Positions 19,447-29,838 of a stretch of 64,000 nucleotides of DNA are shown here, one piece after another. Below the pieces are notes generated by a model. That model searched no databases. It was not told where the DNA came from and worked only from the letters and a program-made list of their open reading frames with translations. The translations under genes and the position numbers were made by a program. Source of the DNA: Candidatus Krumholzibacteriota bacterium (GTDB taxonomy: Bacteria; Krumholzibacteriota; Krumholzibacteriia; JAJRXK01). The stretch covers positions 1-64,000 of the forward strand of contig CAWDWO010000013.1 in NCBI GenBank assembly GCA_963806035.1, written 5' to 3'. Positions within the stretch are counted from its first letter, which is position 1, and each line of letters begins with the position of its first letter.

Positions 19447-20865
19447 ATGTGGAAACCCAATCGCATCATTGCCTCGCTCCGGCGCCTCATGCGCAAGCCA
19501 GAGGCGGATCTCTCCGATCGAGAGCGCTCGCTGCGCTGGTGGCTCGATTTGGCCCGCCATTGCACCATCGAACTGCGGCGCGACCGCGCCTCCACCATGG
19601 CGGCCGCGCTCACCTACCACACCATCTTCTCGCTTTTGCCCACCCTGGTTTTGAGCCTCGTGGTCATGCACTCCTTCGTGGGGCCCGACGAAATGGCGGA
19701 GTTCAAGGAAGGGATCGTGAACTGGATCCTGCAGCCAGTGCAGCAAGACGATCTCATTCCCGGAATCCCCACCCCGCATTGGAAGGTCGAGGGGGAGAGC
19801 CTGCGCCGTCACGAAAACTTCATGGAAGTGCGCAAGACCCTGGGCGATCAGGTGGAACGGATTTTGACCGAGCTGGAGACCGTCGACTTCCGTGGGGTGG
19901 GACTGGTCGGTATCCTCATCTTCATCTGGGCCGCCACGGGCCTGTTGGCCACGGTGGAAAGTTCGTTCAACCATATATACAAGGCCGGCCCGGGCCGGCC
20001 GCCCTACTTGCGATTACCGATCTATTACAGCGTGATCACTCTGAGCCCGCTGGTCATCTTCATCGGCCAGGTCGCGCAGCGGCGCATGCTCGACAACATC
20101 GATGCGTTGGGGATCGGCTCGTCCCTCATGGCGATATTGGCCGTCGTGGTCCCCCTGCTCACGATCTGGTTCGTGTTCTTCTTCCTGTATGTGTCACTGC
20201 CCAACACGCGCGTGCGTTGGAAGGCGGCGCTCATCGGTTCTTCGGTGGCGGCGGTGCTGTGGTGGGTCGGCGAGCAGCTGTTCTCGCTCTACGTGCGGCG
20301 CACCGCCATCTCCACTCTCTACGGCGCGCTGGGTCTTTTACCGCTCTTCTTGCTGTGGCTGTGGCTCACCTGGCTCATCGTGCTCTTCGGCTTGGAGTTG
20401 GCCTACGCACTGCAGGCCATGCGCGAGGGACGCTTCGCCTGGCGCAGCTTCTTCGAGGGCGAGCTCATTGTCATCGACCGCACTCTCGTGCTTCCTCTGG
20501 CCACGCGTATCGCGGAGTGCTTCAAGAACGGACAGCTGGCAACCGTCGGGGTGCTCTCGCGTTCCTTGCGCCTGCCGCCCTCGGCCGTGCTGCGGCTGCT
20601 GCGTCCTTTGATCAAGGCGAGTCTGGTGCACGAGGTGCGTGAAGGTGCTCGCAGCGGCTATACCCTGGCCCGTCCCGCGGACCAGATTTCCGCGCGCGAG
20701 GTGCTCGAATTGAGTCGAACCGCCATGCCCCTGGAGGGCGCGGAGGGCTCGTCGCGCCCCTGGGACGTGGTCAATGAACTCTATGCGGAATTGCAGGAGA
20801 GCGTGGCCGAGATGAGCCTGGAGGATTTGAGCGCTGCCCAGCCCGCTTCCGGTGCCAGCTCATAA
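19447..20865 (+). CDS. YihY/BrkB membrane protein with C-terminal Rrf2-like winged helix
   Basis: AAALTYHT..SLLP, YGALG..P.FLLW; GYTLARPADQI. Confidence 0.88.
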   Translation: MWKPNRIIASLRRLMRKPEADLSDRERSLRWWLDLARHCTIELRRDRASTMAAALTYHTIFSLLPTLVLSLVVMHSFVGPDEMAEFKEGIVNWILQPVQQDDLIPGIPTPHWKVEGESLRRHENFMEVRKTLGDQVERILTELETVDFRGVGLVGILIFIWAATGLLATVESSFNHIYKAGPGRPPYLRLPIYYSVITLSPLVIFIGQVAQRRMLDNIDALGIGSSLMAILAVVVPLLTIWFVFFFLYVSLPNTRVRWKAALIGSSVAAVLWWVGEQLFSLYVRRTAISTLYGALGLLPLFLLWLWLTWLIVLFGLELAYALQAMREGRFAWRSFFEGELIVIDRTLVLPLATRIAECFKNGQLATVGVLSRSLRLPPSAVLRLLRPLIKASLVHEVREGARSGYTLARPADQISAREVLELSRTAMPLEGAEGSSRPWDVVNELYAELQESVAEMSLEDLSAAQPASGASS

Positions 20866-20918
20866 GTGCTATACTGACGCGTAGCTCCCGCCCTCATCTC
20901 GTCACTGGAGGTGCGGAA

Positions 20919-22430
20919 ATGACTGCATTGCGCACGTTCTTCATGGATTGGATTGGACACCCCCGTGCTCTGGCCGCACTTCTTGTGGCACTGGCGAGCG
21001 CGATTTCCCTCCCGAGTTTCGCCACCACTCTGCTCGTTCCCGAGAACTACAGCTTCGAGGCGGCCCTGAGCGCCGCGGCATCCGGCGACAGCATCAGTGT
21101 GGCGGCCAACACTCTCGACGGTGGCGTCGCCGAACTTACTCAGAGCATCACGCTGATTTCCCGAGAGGTAGGAGCAAATCGACTCAGCGGGATGCTCATG
21201 GACGGACTCGATCCAGTCCGCGTCGAGGGATTTCTCTTCAGCTTCCCGGAGTTTGGTCCGTATGGATCGGACGAGGGGCGCGTCATTATCCGCTCGTCGA
21301 ATGCCAGTTTCTTCAACTGTAGCTTTGAGAACATGTGGAGTACGACGGGGCCGCCCATCAGCTACGCCGGTACCAGCAACCTCGACTTCGATCGGTGTAG
21401 CTTCAGCGGTAACTTCTGGAACACGGTCGCGGATAGCTCACCCATCGGATTCAGCTGTATCGCATACGATCCCGCGGGTTCGACCTTCGACGGAAGTATC
21501 GACATTCGGGTCTGCGTATTCGAAAACCAGTCGGCCCCCATCGTTGCCATCATTCCAGTCACGGTACAGAACACGCAGTTTCTCGACTGCGGTCCACAGT
21601 TGATCTATTCCGAACAATCTTTGCTGATGTTTAGTTGTCTCGTGGCCGGCTTCATCTATACGACAGCTCAAGATTACCTCCAGCCCGAGTGCTTTGGACC
21701 GACCAACTGTATTGTCGCTTATGGCGTCGTCGAGATTTTCTCCAATACTTTCGTCGACAGCGTTTTCCAAACCTATCCATCCGGGCCCTGTGCGGGGCAC
21801 GAGTTCACCCCGGACGACTTTCCTGCCATGATCTGGATGTTTGATACTGGTTATGTCTATAACAATATCTTCGTGGGTCTTCCCGGCCCCGCGCTGGATG
21901 CACCGGCCGGCGTTTACGTGAGATGCAACGACGCCTGGGACATCGATGGCCCGGCCTGGCGCGGAGGTATCGGCGACGTCAGCTATACCAATGACAACAT
22001 CGCCGACGATCCAATCTTCTGCAATCGCCAGGAGAGGGACTATACGATCAGCTCCGCTTCCTTGGCGGCAGCCGCGAACAACTCCTGCGGCCGCATGGGC
22101 GCATTCGATGTCGCATGCGATATCGTTCCCGTGGCCGCCCCTGCGGTTGCGTCGCGCACTGCGCTCCTGGGCGCCTTCCCGAATCCCTTCAATCCGCGCA
22201 CCGAGATTCGCTTCGTCTTGGAGCGGGCGCAGTCGCCGGCGATCAGCATCTACGATGCGGCGGGGCGTCTGGTGCGTCGCTTTCCCGAAAAGCAGTATCC
22301 GGCCGGCGCGGGTGCGGTCACTTGGAACGGCCAGGATGACGCGGGACGCGCGGTCGCCAGCGGGGTGTACTTCGTGCAGATGATCACAGACGGAAAGCAG
22401 CTCACGCAGCGGCTTGCGCTCATTCGCTAG
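20919..22430 (+). CDS. Secreted beta-helix protein with FlgD-Ig/T9SS-type CTD
   Basis: Signal peptide; DPIFC...MGAF; PNPFNPRT...YDAAGRLVR...SGVYF...LIR. Confidence 0.85.
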   Translation: MTALRTFFMDWIGHPRALAALLVALASAISLPSFATTLLVPENYSFEAALSAAASGDSISVAANTLDGGVAELTQSITLISREVGANRLSGMLMDGLDPVRVEGFLFSFPEFGPYGSDEGRVIIRSSNASFFNCSFENMWSTTGPPISYAGTSNLDFDRCSFSGNFWNTVADSSPIGFSCIAYDPAGSTFDGSIDIRVCVFENQSAPIVAIIPVTVQNTQFLDCGPQLIYSEQSLLMFSCLVAGFIYTTAQDYLQPECFGPTNCIVAYGVVEIFSNTFVDSVFQTYPSGPCAGHEFTPDDFPAMIWMFDTGYVYNNIFVGLPGPALDAPAGVYVRCNDAWDIDGPAWRGGIGDVSYTNDNIADDPIFCNRQERDYTISSASLAAAANNSCGRMGAFDVACDIVPVAAPAVASRTALLGAFPNPFNPRTEIRFVLERAQSPAISIYDAAGRLVRRFPEKQYPAGAGAVTWNGQDDAGRAVASGVYFVQMITDGKQLTQRLALIR

Positions 22431-22475
22431 CCGGAAGCTCAAAGTACGCGTGATTGAGAACGTGGCGGTCAGAAC

Positions 22476-23822
22476 ATGTATAGAACTCGGAAGCTTCGAA
22501 GCTCGCAATCCATGGGCACGCTCATTCTGGTGATCCTCTTCTGCACGATGGCAGGAACGGCCACAGCCAAGGACAAGATTCTCTTCGAGTGGAACAAGGG
22601 AGAGGCGGGAAACTTCGGCGGAGTGGGGTTTGCCCTGGGCGACATCAATGGAGACGGCGCAGCCGACATCGCTCTCAGGCTACAGGATGAGATCGACGTC
22701 TTCTTCGGGGGAACCGATGCCGACGATCTGGCCGATCTCGTGATCGCTCCTCCCAGCGGTCCGCACCCCGGATTTCCGCTGCAAGGGCCCATCGATCTCA
22801 ATGGCGATGGACAGGATGATCTCATCGTGGCGGCCAACGGCGCCACGCGTGAAGGGCCCATCTACTGCTACTGGGGAGGAGCCGCGGTGGACGACATCCC
22901 CGATTACGTCGTTCACGGCTCCTGGACCGCGGCCAGCGCCTGTCGTGCCGGCGCATTCATGCCGAACGACATGATCGATGACTTCGCTGTTGCCAAGACG
23001 GAGACCAATTACAACTACGTGGATGTATACGAGGGTGGAGAGGCCCCCGCCGAAGAGCCATCCTGGGGTCGCATCGAGTACCTGAAGTTCGCGCTGTGGG
23101 AATACCACTTCTGCTACGCCGGCGACTTCAACAATGACGGCTATGGAGACATCGTAACGGGGGCGCCGCTGGCCACGAGTGTCTGCCTCCGTTACGAGAC
23201 GGTGCAGGGCTGGTGTTCGGACGGCGGACAGGTTTTTCTCTATTGGGGCGGTCCAGAACGGCTGCGCGGCGCCCTGATCGTTCATGGCAACGAAGACTTC
23301 ATCGAACTCGGCTTTCAGACTTCGGCGAATTGCGACCTGAACGCGGACGGCTACTCCGATGTCGTCTCGACGGCGGACGGAGCCGATCAGACCTGGGCGA
23401 TCTTCGGTCGCCCCGGCTATCCCTCGAGAATTTTGCAACCGAGCCGATTGCTCGCCGGCGGGAGGAGCGCAACCGCGTTGGGGGACATCAATGGTGACGG
23501 TGCGGACGACGTGGCAACCAGGGACAACTCGGGGCAGCTTCGAATCTTCCTGGGGAGCGCGACCTTCGATACCACAGAAGATGCCTATATCACCCTTCCT
23601 CCAGAGGACACGCGAGCGTTCAAGTGGTTGTTCCGGGTCAACGATTTCGACGGTGACGGCTACGACGACATCGGCGTCACTCTCGGTGAATCCGTCTCCG
23701 GCGAGGGACTCATCACGAGCTACCGCATCTACAGCGGCCTGAATGCGCTCGCCGTTCCCGTACAGGACCGATCGGTCGGCGGGCTCAAGTCACTGTTCCA
23801 CGGTCTCAAAAAGAATAAGTAA
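22476..23822 (+). CDS. Secreted FG-GAP/integrin-alpha-like repeat protein
   Basis: Multiple GD(I/F)N(G/N)DGxxD repeats; tail PVQDRSVGGLKSLF. Confidence 0.87.
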   Translation: MYRTRKLRSSQSMGTLILVILFCTMAGTATAKDKILFEWNKGEAGNFGGVGFALGDINGDGAADIALRLQDEIDVFFGGTDADDLADLVIAPPSGPHPGFPLQGPIDLNGDGQDDLIVAANGATREGPIYCYWGGAAVDDIPDYVVHGSWTAASACRAGAFMPNDMIDDFAVAKTETNYNYVDVYEGGEAPAEEPSWGRIEYLKFALWEYHFCYAGDFNNDGYGDIVTGAPLATSVCLRYETVQGWCSDGGQVFLYWGGPERLRGALIVHGNEDFIELGFQTSANCDLNADGYSDVVSTADGADQTWAIFGRPGYPSRILQPSRLLAGGRSATALGDINGDGADDVATRDNSGQLRIFLGSATFDTTEDAYITLPPEDTRAFKWLFRVNDFDGDGYDDIGVTLGESVSGEGLITSYRIYSGLNALAVPVQDRSVGGLKSLFHGLKKNK

Positions 23823-24528
23823 TTGCCGCGCCACCGGGAGTGACGCGCAGGTGGGAGAGCAACGAGGAGCTTGCGCGTTCGTGCACCACGGTTCGTCCCA
23901 CGGCCATCCCCAAAGTCGCGCCGAACACCACGTCCGAGAGGTAGTGGTAGCGGTCCTCCATTCGCCCCATGGCGGTGGCACCAACCAAAGCGTAAGCACA
24001 GGCTCCCACGATCGGCCCGAAGTGATAGGCCAGAACCGGCGCGGCGGACATGGCTACCCCCACGTGGCCCGAGGGGAAGGAGTAGCTGCCGCCGTTGGGC
24101 CGTGTGCGTCCCGTCGCCGTCTTGATCGCAACGATCAAAGCTCCGCTCAACAGGAAGGAGTGTGCCAGGTCAACGCCAGCCGCGAGGAGTCGAGGGGAAT
24201 GGGCGAGCGCTCCCGTGGCCACCAGACCCAGGGCGCCACCCGCGAAGGTCAGACCGTTGCCGTAGACGTTTCCCGTGTCGGACACGCCATCCAGGCTCTT
24301 GGTGTCCAGGAAGTGCTCCTCGTCGTGGGCGTTTTCCACCTGATGGCCGAGGATCGTGAGCGCTCCCCCCAGGGCGAAGAGCTGCAGATTCTCGTGACTG
24401 AGAAGCCCGGCAGCATCGCTCTGGAGTATGGTCTTCGCGCCGCTGAGAGGGGCGGCCGAGGCAGCGGCGCTGCAGAACAATGCGCCGATGCTCAAGCCAA
24501 GCAAAAGAAGGAGTCGGCCTCTCTTCAA
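23806..24528 (-). CDS. PAP2-family phosphatase (start uncertain)
   Basis: K...GR.RP, SFPSGH, R....HY.SDV. Confidence 0.85.
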   Translation of the reverse strand: MKRGRLLLLLGLSIGALFCSAAASAAPLSGAKTILQSDAAGLLSHENLQLFALGGALTILGHQVENAHDEEHFLDTKSLDGVSDTGNVYGNGLTFAGGALGLVATGALAHSPRLLAAGVDLAHSFLLSGALIVAIKTATGRTRPNGGSYSFPSGHVGVAMSAAPVLAYHFGPIVGACAYALVGATAMGRMEDRYHYLSDVVFGATLGMAVGRTVVHERASSSLLSHLRVTPGGAAITYSF

Positions 24529-24618
24529 GTTCGGATGCCTCTGGGGTGGGGGAAGGCCCGGGGTCAGGGCACCCCGGGCATGCTGTATGTACACCCCACC
24601 CAGGGCGCTGGTTCCGGC

Positions 24619-26481
24619 TCAGGCTTCCGTGCCGGACGCCGCATGGAGATGCCGCGCGAGAAAACTCTCCAAGGCGCGGTAGAAATCGAACACGTTCTCT
24701 TCGTTGTGGAAGCCGTGCCCTTCGTCATCCTTGACCAGGTATTCCACCTCGACGCCACGTTCGCGCAGCGCGTTCACCATCTGGTCCGACTCCTCCTTGC
24801 GTACCCGCGGATCGTTGGCGCCCTGGGCCACCAGCAGCGGGACGCGGATGCGATCGGCGTGGAAGAAGGGGGAGGTCTCCTTCAGTCGCTCCGCGTCGTG
24901 TTCGGGGTGTCCCACCATCTCGTAGATCATCCCCAGCAGGGGCTTCCAGTAGTCCGGGATGGCGGCGATCCAGGTGAAGATGTTCGAGACGCCGCAGTAG
25001 CTCACTCCACAGGCGTAGAGTTCGGGGGTCTGGGTCAGGCCGGAGAGGGCGGCGTAACCGCCGTAGCTTCCACCGTAGATCGCGATCTGCCCCGGATCGG
25101 CGATGCCGCTTTCCACCGCCCAGGCCACCCCGTCGGTCACGTCATTCTGCATCGTGAGCCCCCACTGTCCGTAACCGGCTTCCTTGAACTTGCGGCCGTA
25201 GCCGGTCGAACCGCGAAAGTTCATGCGCAGCACCGAGTAGCCACGGTTGGCGAGGAACTGCACCTCGGGGTCGAAGCCCCAGGTGTCACGGTGCCAGGGT
25301 CCGCCATGGGGGATGACGACCATCGGTGTTCTGGCGTCGCTCGTTTCCCGCGGACGGGTGAGGTAGCCCTGGATCACGAGTCCATCGCGCGAGCGATAGG
25401 TGATGGGTTCGAGCGGGGCCATCTCGTCCTCCTCGAGCCAGGGGGAGACATCGAAAAGCTTGTGCAGTGTGAGTGTCCCGTCCGGATTCGAGTCGAGCAG
25501 GTGATAGTCTCCCAGAGAGCGGTCGCTGCGGGAGTGCACCACATAGCGCGATTCATCCTTGGCGTGCGATACGATGCGGTTGAAGCGCCCGCGGAGATGA
25601 TCGTCCAGGTAGCGCTGGAGCTTCGCGTCGTAGGTTTCGAAGTACTCGTAGGCGGGCTTCGCAGTGTGATAGAGCACGCCGGTAATGGTGCGGCGGCGCT
25701 TGGAATACAAAAGCGCGGAGACATCGACTTTCGGATGCTCGAAGATCAAGCGTCCTTCTTTGCCGCTCTCGAGGTCGTACTCGAAGATCGCGTAGTGATC
25801 ACGGCCGACGTTCGATGCGACATAGAGGCCCTGATCGTCGAAGGTGAAGCAGAGGGGACTCGCTGCCTCCTTGAAATCGTAGGTCGCGATCGGGTTCCAG
25901 GCCGCGTCTTCGGTTTCGCGGTAGAGGATGCTGGTGTTCACGCCATCGGTCGTGGTGGCGAGGCGCAGCCGGCCGGCGTGGTCGGTGAGCCAACCCTGCA
26001 CGTTGCCCGGATTCTCGGCGACGATCGACATTTCGCCAGTGGTAACGTTCAGCCGATAGACGTCGAAGACTTCCGGGTTGCGGCGGTTCATCTCGAAGAG
26101 GATTTCGTCGTCGACCTCCTCGAGATCGTCGACGATCGCGCACTTCACGTCCTCGTAGGGCGTGAGGTCCAGGGGATTGGAGCCGTCGCGGTCGATACCG
26201 TAGAGCCGGTAGTTCTCGTCGCCGCCGCGGTCCTGCACGTAGATCAGGCGCTCGTCGCTGGCCCACAGGTAGCCCGCGATGTCGCGCTCGGTAGAGTCCG
26301 TCACGCGCTGTTCCTTGCCCGTTTCGAGATCGCGCACCCAGACGTTCAGGCGACGCTCATAGGGTGCGAGAAACGCGAGGTGGCGTCCCGAAGGGGACAG
26401 CTCGAGGCCGGCGCGTTCAGGTTTACGGAAGAAGTCTTCTAATGGAATGCGCCGGACAGGTGAACTCACGTGTTTCTCCAA
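24619..26481 (-). CDS. S9 family peptidase (dipeptidyl aminopeptidase/acylaminoacyl peptidase)
   Basis: HGGPW, GGSYGG, GANDPRV, DEGHG. Confidence 0.93.
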   Translation of the reverse strand: MEKHVSSPVRRIPLEDFFRKPERAGLELSPSGRHLAFLAPYERRLNVWVRDLETGKEQRVTDSTERDIAGYLWASDERLIYVQDRGGDENYRLYGIDRDGSNPLDLTPYEDVKCAIVDDLEEVDDEILFEMNRRNPEVFDVYRLNVTTGEMSIVAENPGNVQGWLTDHAGRLRLATTTDGVNTSILYRETEDAAWNPIATYDFKEAASPLCFTFDDQGLYVASNVGRDHYAIFEYDLESGKEGRLIFEHPKVDVSALLYSKRRRTITGVLYHTAKPAYEYFETYDAKLQRYLDDHLRGRFNRIVSHAKDESRYVVHSRSDRSLGDYHLLDSNPDGTLTLHKLFDVSPWLEEDEMAPLEPITYRSRDGLVIQGYLTRPRETSDARTPMVVIPHGGPWHRDTWGFDPEVQFLANRGYSVLRMNFRGSTGYGRKFKEAGYGQWGLTMQNDVTDGVAWAVESGIADPGQIAIYGGSYGGYAALSGLTQTPELYACGVSYCGVSNIFTWIAAIPDYWKPLLGMIYEMVGHPEHDAERLKETSPFFHADRIRVPLLVAQGANDPRVRKEESDQMVNALRERGVEVEYLVKDDEGHGFHNEENVFDFYRALESFLARHLHAASGTEA

Positions 26482-26526
26482 TTCGTTTTGTGGGTTTCTT
26501 CTGCAGCAATCAAAGCAAAAAGCTCT

Positions 26527-27150
26527 CTACTCGCAGAACACATGGACCGTGTCGCCATTCCCCGAGTCGACATCGACGCTGAGTTCGCGCAACGCGTCCA
26601 TGAGCTCTTCGCCATTGAGGTTCTTCAACTGCGAGAGGTCGATCCCGTGTTCGGCGAGGTGCTCGCTGGCTCGCGGTGGCATGAGGGTCGTCAGCTTGAT
26701 TCCGGTCCGGATGAGCCCGATGGGCACGCGGACGTTGAGCTTGTCCTTGCCGTCGATCACCACGCGCAGCCACTTCAAGGCTGCGGCTTTGTCCTTGTGA
26801 GTTGTGGCCTCGCTCGCTGCGAGGGCCGTCTTGGAAGCGGGAGTCTCCAGCCGGCTCAGCAGCTTTTCGGTTTCCTCGGGGGCGTTGAAGCTCTCGTCGA
26901 GTTCACGGGCGATGGCGTTGAGGCGGTTCTTGACGGTGGGGTAGCTGATCCCGAACAGGCTCTCCATTTTCTTGATGGAGCCGTGGTGGCGCAGGAAGGC
27001 CACCACGAAGGCCTGATCCTCCATCGAAAGACGGGCCAGGGCCGGGATCTCGAAATCCCCCTCCAGGCGCATCTCACAGCGCGGGCACACCATTCTCTCG
27101 ACCTGCATGGGTTGCTCGCACTCCGCGCAGCGTGCCTTTGAAATGTCCAT
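26527..27150 (-). CDS. DUF2089 family protein (Zn ribbon + HTH + C-terminal domain)
   Basis: CAEC/CPRC; GSIKKME...ISYPTVKNRL. Confidence 0.85.
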   Translation of the reverse strand: MDISKARCAECEQPMQVERMVCPRCEMRLEGDFEIPALARLSMEDQAFVVAFLRHHGSIKKMESLFGISYPTVKNRLNAIARELDESFNAPEETEKLLSRLETPASKTALAASEATTHKDKAAALKWLRVVIDGKDKLNVRVPIGLIRTGIKLTTLMPPRASEHLAEHGIDLSQLKNLNGEELMDALRELSVDVDSGNGDTVHVFCE

Positions 27151-27258
27151 AGGTATCTATCCTTTCAGAAGGATAGTAGTAGAAATAATTGATAATATCA
27201 ATATTGCAATTAAATAAATAATATAATGGCTGGCTAGCGGGGGCCTTCGGATGCAATC

Positions 27259-27287
27259 TTGTAAATACGAATCAGAATTCGTATTCT
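27259..27287 (+). promoter_or_regulatory. tetR promoter with overlapping palindromic operator
   Basis: TTGTAA-N17-TATTCT; perfect inverted repeat AATACGAAT-caga-ATTCGTATT (27264-27285). Confidence 0.7.
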
Positions 27288-27296
27288 TAAAATATC

Positions 27297-27938
27297 ATGA
27301 CAATTCCAGTCCAGGAACGCAGCCGTGCCACCCAGCGGAAGATTCTCGACGCCGCCGAGCGCTTGCTGCAGACGCGACGTTTCGACGAGATCGCGATGAG
27401 CGATCTCGCCCGTGAAGCCGCCGTGTCCATCGGTGGTCTCTATGCGCGCTTTGGGGCGAAAGAGGAGCTGCTCGAATCCTTGTACGCGCGCTACGAAGCC
27501 CGTCGTAGCGAACGTCTCGCGCGCACCCTCGAACCAAGCCGTTGGGAGGGAATTGATCTCGTTCGTCGGGTGCGGGGAGTGGTGACGACTCTCGTCGGTC
27601 TGATGAGCAAAGAGCGCCACATTTTGCGCAGCTTCCTCCTACACCACTGGTCCCATCCCCAAGAGATAGGGGGACCCTTCGCGCAACGACTCGAGACGAT
27701 TTACGAGAACGCGGCGGCCGTGATCGCGCTGGATCCCGGAAGGATCGGAGCGTCCGACCCGCAACTTGCCGCGCGCGCGGCCGTCGCCGTGGTCGCCGGA
27801 GCGTGTCGCGACATGGTGGTGATGAAGTCCGCGCCTGCACCGGGCGCAGTCGAGATGACGCAGGAAGAAATCGTCGAAACCCTCACCCGCGCCGCGCTAG
27901 GTATCCTCCAGTATCATGAAGGAGATACTTCCGCATGA
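27297..27938 (+). CDS. TetR/AcrR family regulator
   Basis: ILDAAERLL...LAREAAVSIGGLYARFGAKEEL. Confidence 0.92.
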   Translation: MTIPVQERSRATQRKILDAAERLLQTRRFDEIAMSDLAREAAVSIGGLYARFGAKEELLESLYARYEARRSERLARTLEPSRWEGIDLVRRVRGVVTTLVGLMSKERHILRSFLLHHWSHPQEIGGPFAQRLETIYENAAAVIALDPGRIGASDPQLAARAAVAVVAGACRDMVVMKSAPAPGAVEMTQEEIVETLTRAALGILQYHEGDTSA

Positions 27939-28045
27939 GGAGTCGTGTGAGCGTTGTGGCATTCTTGGCATTGATCACCCTCGTGCTCACGGATGCACAC
28001 GCCGCATCGACTCCCGTGGCGAGGAATCAACCCGCTTGGAAGTGA
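27935..28045 (+). CDS. 36-aa ORF with signal peptide (small peptide or gene remnant)
   Basis: AAGGAG RBS; ATGA overlap with tetR; MRSRVSVVAFLALITLVLTDAHA-ASTPVARNQPAWK. Confidence 0.45.
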   Translation: MRSRVSVVAFLALITLVLTDAHAASTPVARNQPAWK

Positions 28046-28082
28046 AGTTCCACCATCTTCGATCTTTCCGGGGGGACGATTG

Positions 28083-28795
28083 ATGAACCTGACACCACAA
28101 AAAAGCGAACGAACCGTCCTGGTCACCGGCGCCAACCGCGGAATCGGTCTGGAGACCGTCCGTCAGCTCTGCGCCAAGGGCTATCGGGTGCTCCTCGGCA
28201 GCCGCGACCTGCAGAAGGGCGAAGAAGCGCACGCGCGGCTTCTTCCCCAGGCCGATCCGGCCGTGGTCGAGCTCGACGTGGCCGCGCCGAAGCTCGAGGA
28301 GCAGACCCAGGCCATCCTGCAACGCCACGGAAGCATCGACATCCTCGTCAACAACGCGGGTGTCCACTACGACGATTGGCAGACGGCGAGCACAGTGGAC
28401 TGGAGAATCGTGCGCGAGGCCTTCGAGACCAACTTCTTCGGGGCATGGAGACTCGCGGCATTGTTGGCCCCGCCCATGCGCGAGCGAGGTTGGGGGCGCA
28501 TCGTGAACGTCTCCAGCGAAGTGGGGGCCATTGCAAGCCTGGGCAAGTCCACCCCGGCCTACGCCATTTCCAAGACGGCCCTGAATGCTCTCACCGTTTG
28601 TCTGGCAGAGGAGTATCGCAACACCGGCGTACTCATCAACGCAGTGTGTCCCGGATGGGTGCGCCACCGACATGGGGGGCGAGGGGGGACGGCCCGTTCC
28701 CGAGGGTGCGCGCAGCGTCGTTCTCGCCGTCGAGCTTCCCGATGATGGACCCAGTGGAATCTTCCTCCGCGACGGGGAAGCGAATCGACTGGTAG
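28083..28795 (+). pseudogene. SDR oxidoreductase (carbonyl-reductase-like) with two apparent +1 frameshifts
   Basis: TGANRGIG, NNAG, YAISK. Restoring PGWVR/TDMGG and RDG/KRIDW needs frame changes near 28664 and 28775. Confidence 0.8.
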
Positions 28796-29022
28796 GCGGG
28801 CGGTCACCATGCGGCCCAAAGAGAACAATCTCTACGGGAATCTCGGCCCATCCCGGGCTACGGTTTTCTCCTCCGACGTGACTTTCACGCCCTGAGTTCC
28901 GGTGGCGACGAACCTGCGCGGCGCGTGGACGAAGTCGCGGAAGTGGTCGAGTGGAGACTCTCCGGTTTCCTTTTTATCCTAGAGGCGTGAACGAACGACC
29001 TTAGGGAGGAGAGGAACAGGCC

Positions 29023-29646
29023 ATGAAAATCGGAATTATCGGAGCGGGCCATATCGGTGGAACCCTCGCCAGTCTTTTGACCCAAGCCGGACACGAAGTG
29101 ATCCTCGCGAACTCGAGGGGCCCGGAGACGCTGCGCGAGCAAGTCGAGAAACTGGGACCGAAAGCCAGCGCCGCGACAGCCTCCGAAGCCGCCACGCGGG
29201 GAGAGATCGTCATCGAGGCCGTTCCCTTCGGCAAAGTCAGCGAGTTGCCGCGCGAGGAGCTCAAGGGCAAGGTACTGCTGACGGCCTCTAACTACTATCC
29301 TTCACGCGACGGCGCCATCGACCTTCAGGGACTCACCCAGAGCGAGTATCTGCAGCGCCTGCTTCCCGACACCCATCTCGCCAAGGTCTTCAACACCATC
29401 TTCTGGGAGCATCTGCGCGACCAGGGCGATCCGAGCAAGCCGCTCGAAGAGCGGCGCGTGCTGCCTTTCGTCGCCTCGGACAAGCGGGCCGAAGACGTGG
29501 CCCGAGGGCTCATCGAGCAGTTGGGATTCGGGCCGCTGTTCCTGGGGAAGCTCTCCATGGCGCGCGGCCTGAGCGAGACCGAAGATCGCCTCTACAACAA
29601 GCAGCTGACGCTGGCGCAGGCGCGGGAGATGGTGGAGACGAAGTAG
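29023..29646 (+). CDS. NADPH-dependent F420 reductase family oxidoreductase
   Basis: MKIGIIGAGHIG, NSRGPETL, NYYP.RDG, KVFNTI. Confidence 0.88.
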   Translation: MKIGIIGAGHIGGTLASLLTQAGHEVILANSRGPETLREQVEKLGPKASAATASEAATRGEIVIEAVPFGKVSELPREELKGKVLLTASNYYPSRDGAIDLQGLTQSEYLQRLLPDTHLAKVFNTIFWEHLRDQGDPSKPLEERRVLPFVASDKRAEDVARGLIEQLGFGPLFLGKLSMARGLSETEDRLYNKQLTLAQAREMVETK

Positions 29647-29650
29647 CTTT

Positions 29651-29820
29651 TCTACCCGGGTACACAGGTCAAGTTGTGGTCGATTATAGCCGGCTATAAA
29701 AGTCCCGATACGGTCCAGTGTACCCGGGTATACAAGTCAAGTTGTGGTCGTTTATAGCCGGCTATAAAAGTCCAGATGCTGTCGAGTCTACCCGGGTATA
29801 CAGATCAAAATTGCGCAGCC
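29651..29820. repeat. Tandem array of five 34-bp units (A-B-A-B-A) with palindromic cores
   Basis: TACCCGGGTA at 29653, 29721, 29789; TAGCCGGCTA at 29687, 29755. Confidence 0.95.
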
Positions 29821-29838
29821 AGTCTATCCGCGCGCGGC

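Noticed and set aside
23743..26442. 899-aa + strand ORF and similar long antisense ORFs (9293-10675, 14074-15516, 37514-39124, 53932-55428)
   Set aside because: These are shadow frames opposite well-supported genes in GC-rich DNA.
29651..29820. CRISPR array
   Set aside because: The sequences between palindromes are themselves repeated, the 34-bp period is too short, and no cas genes are present.
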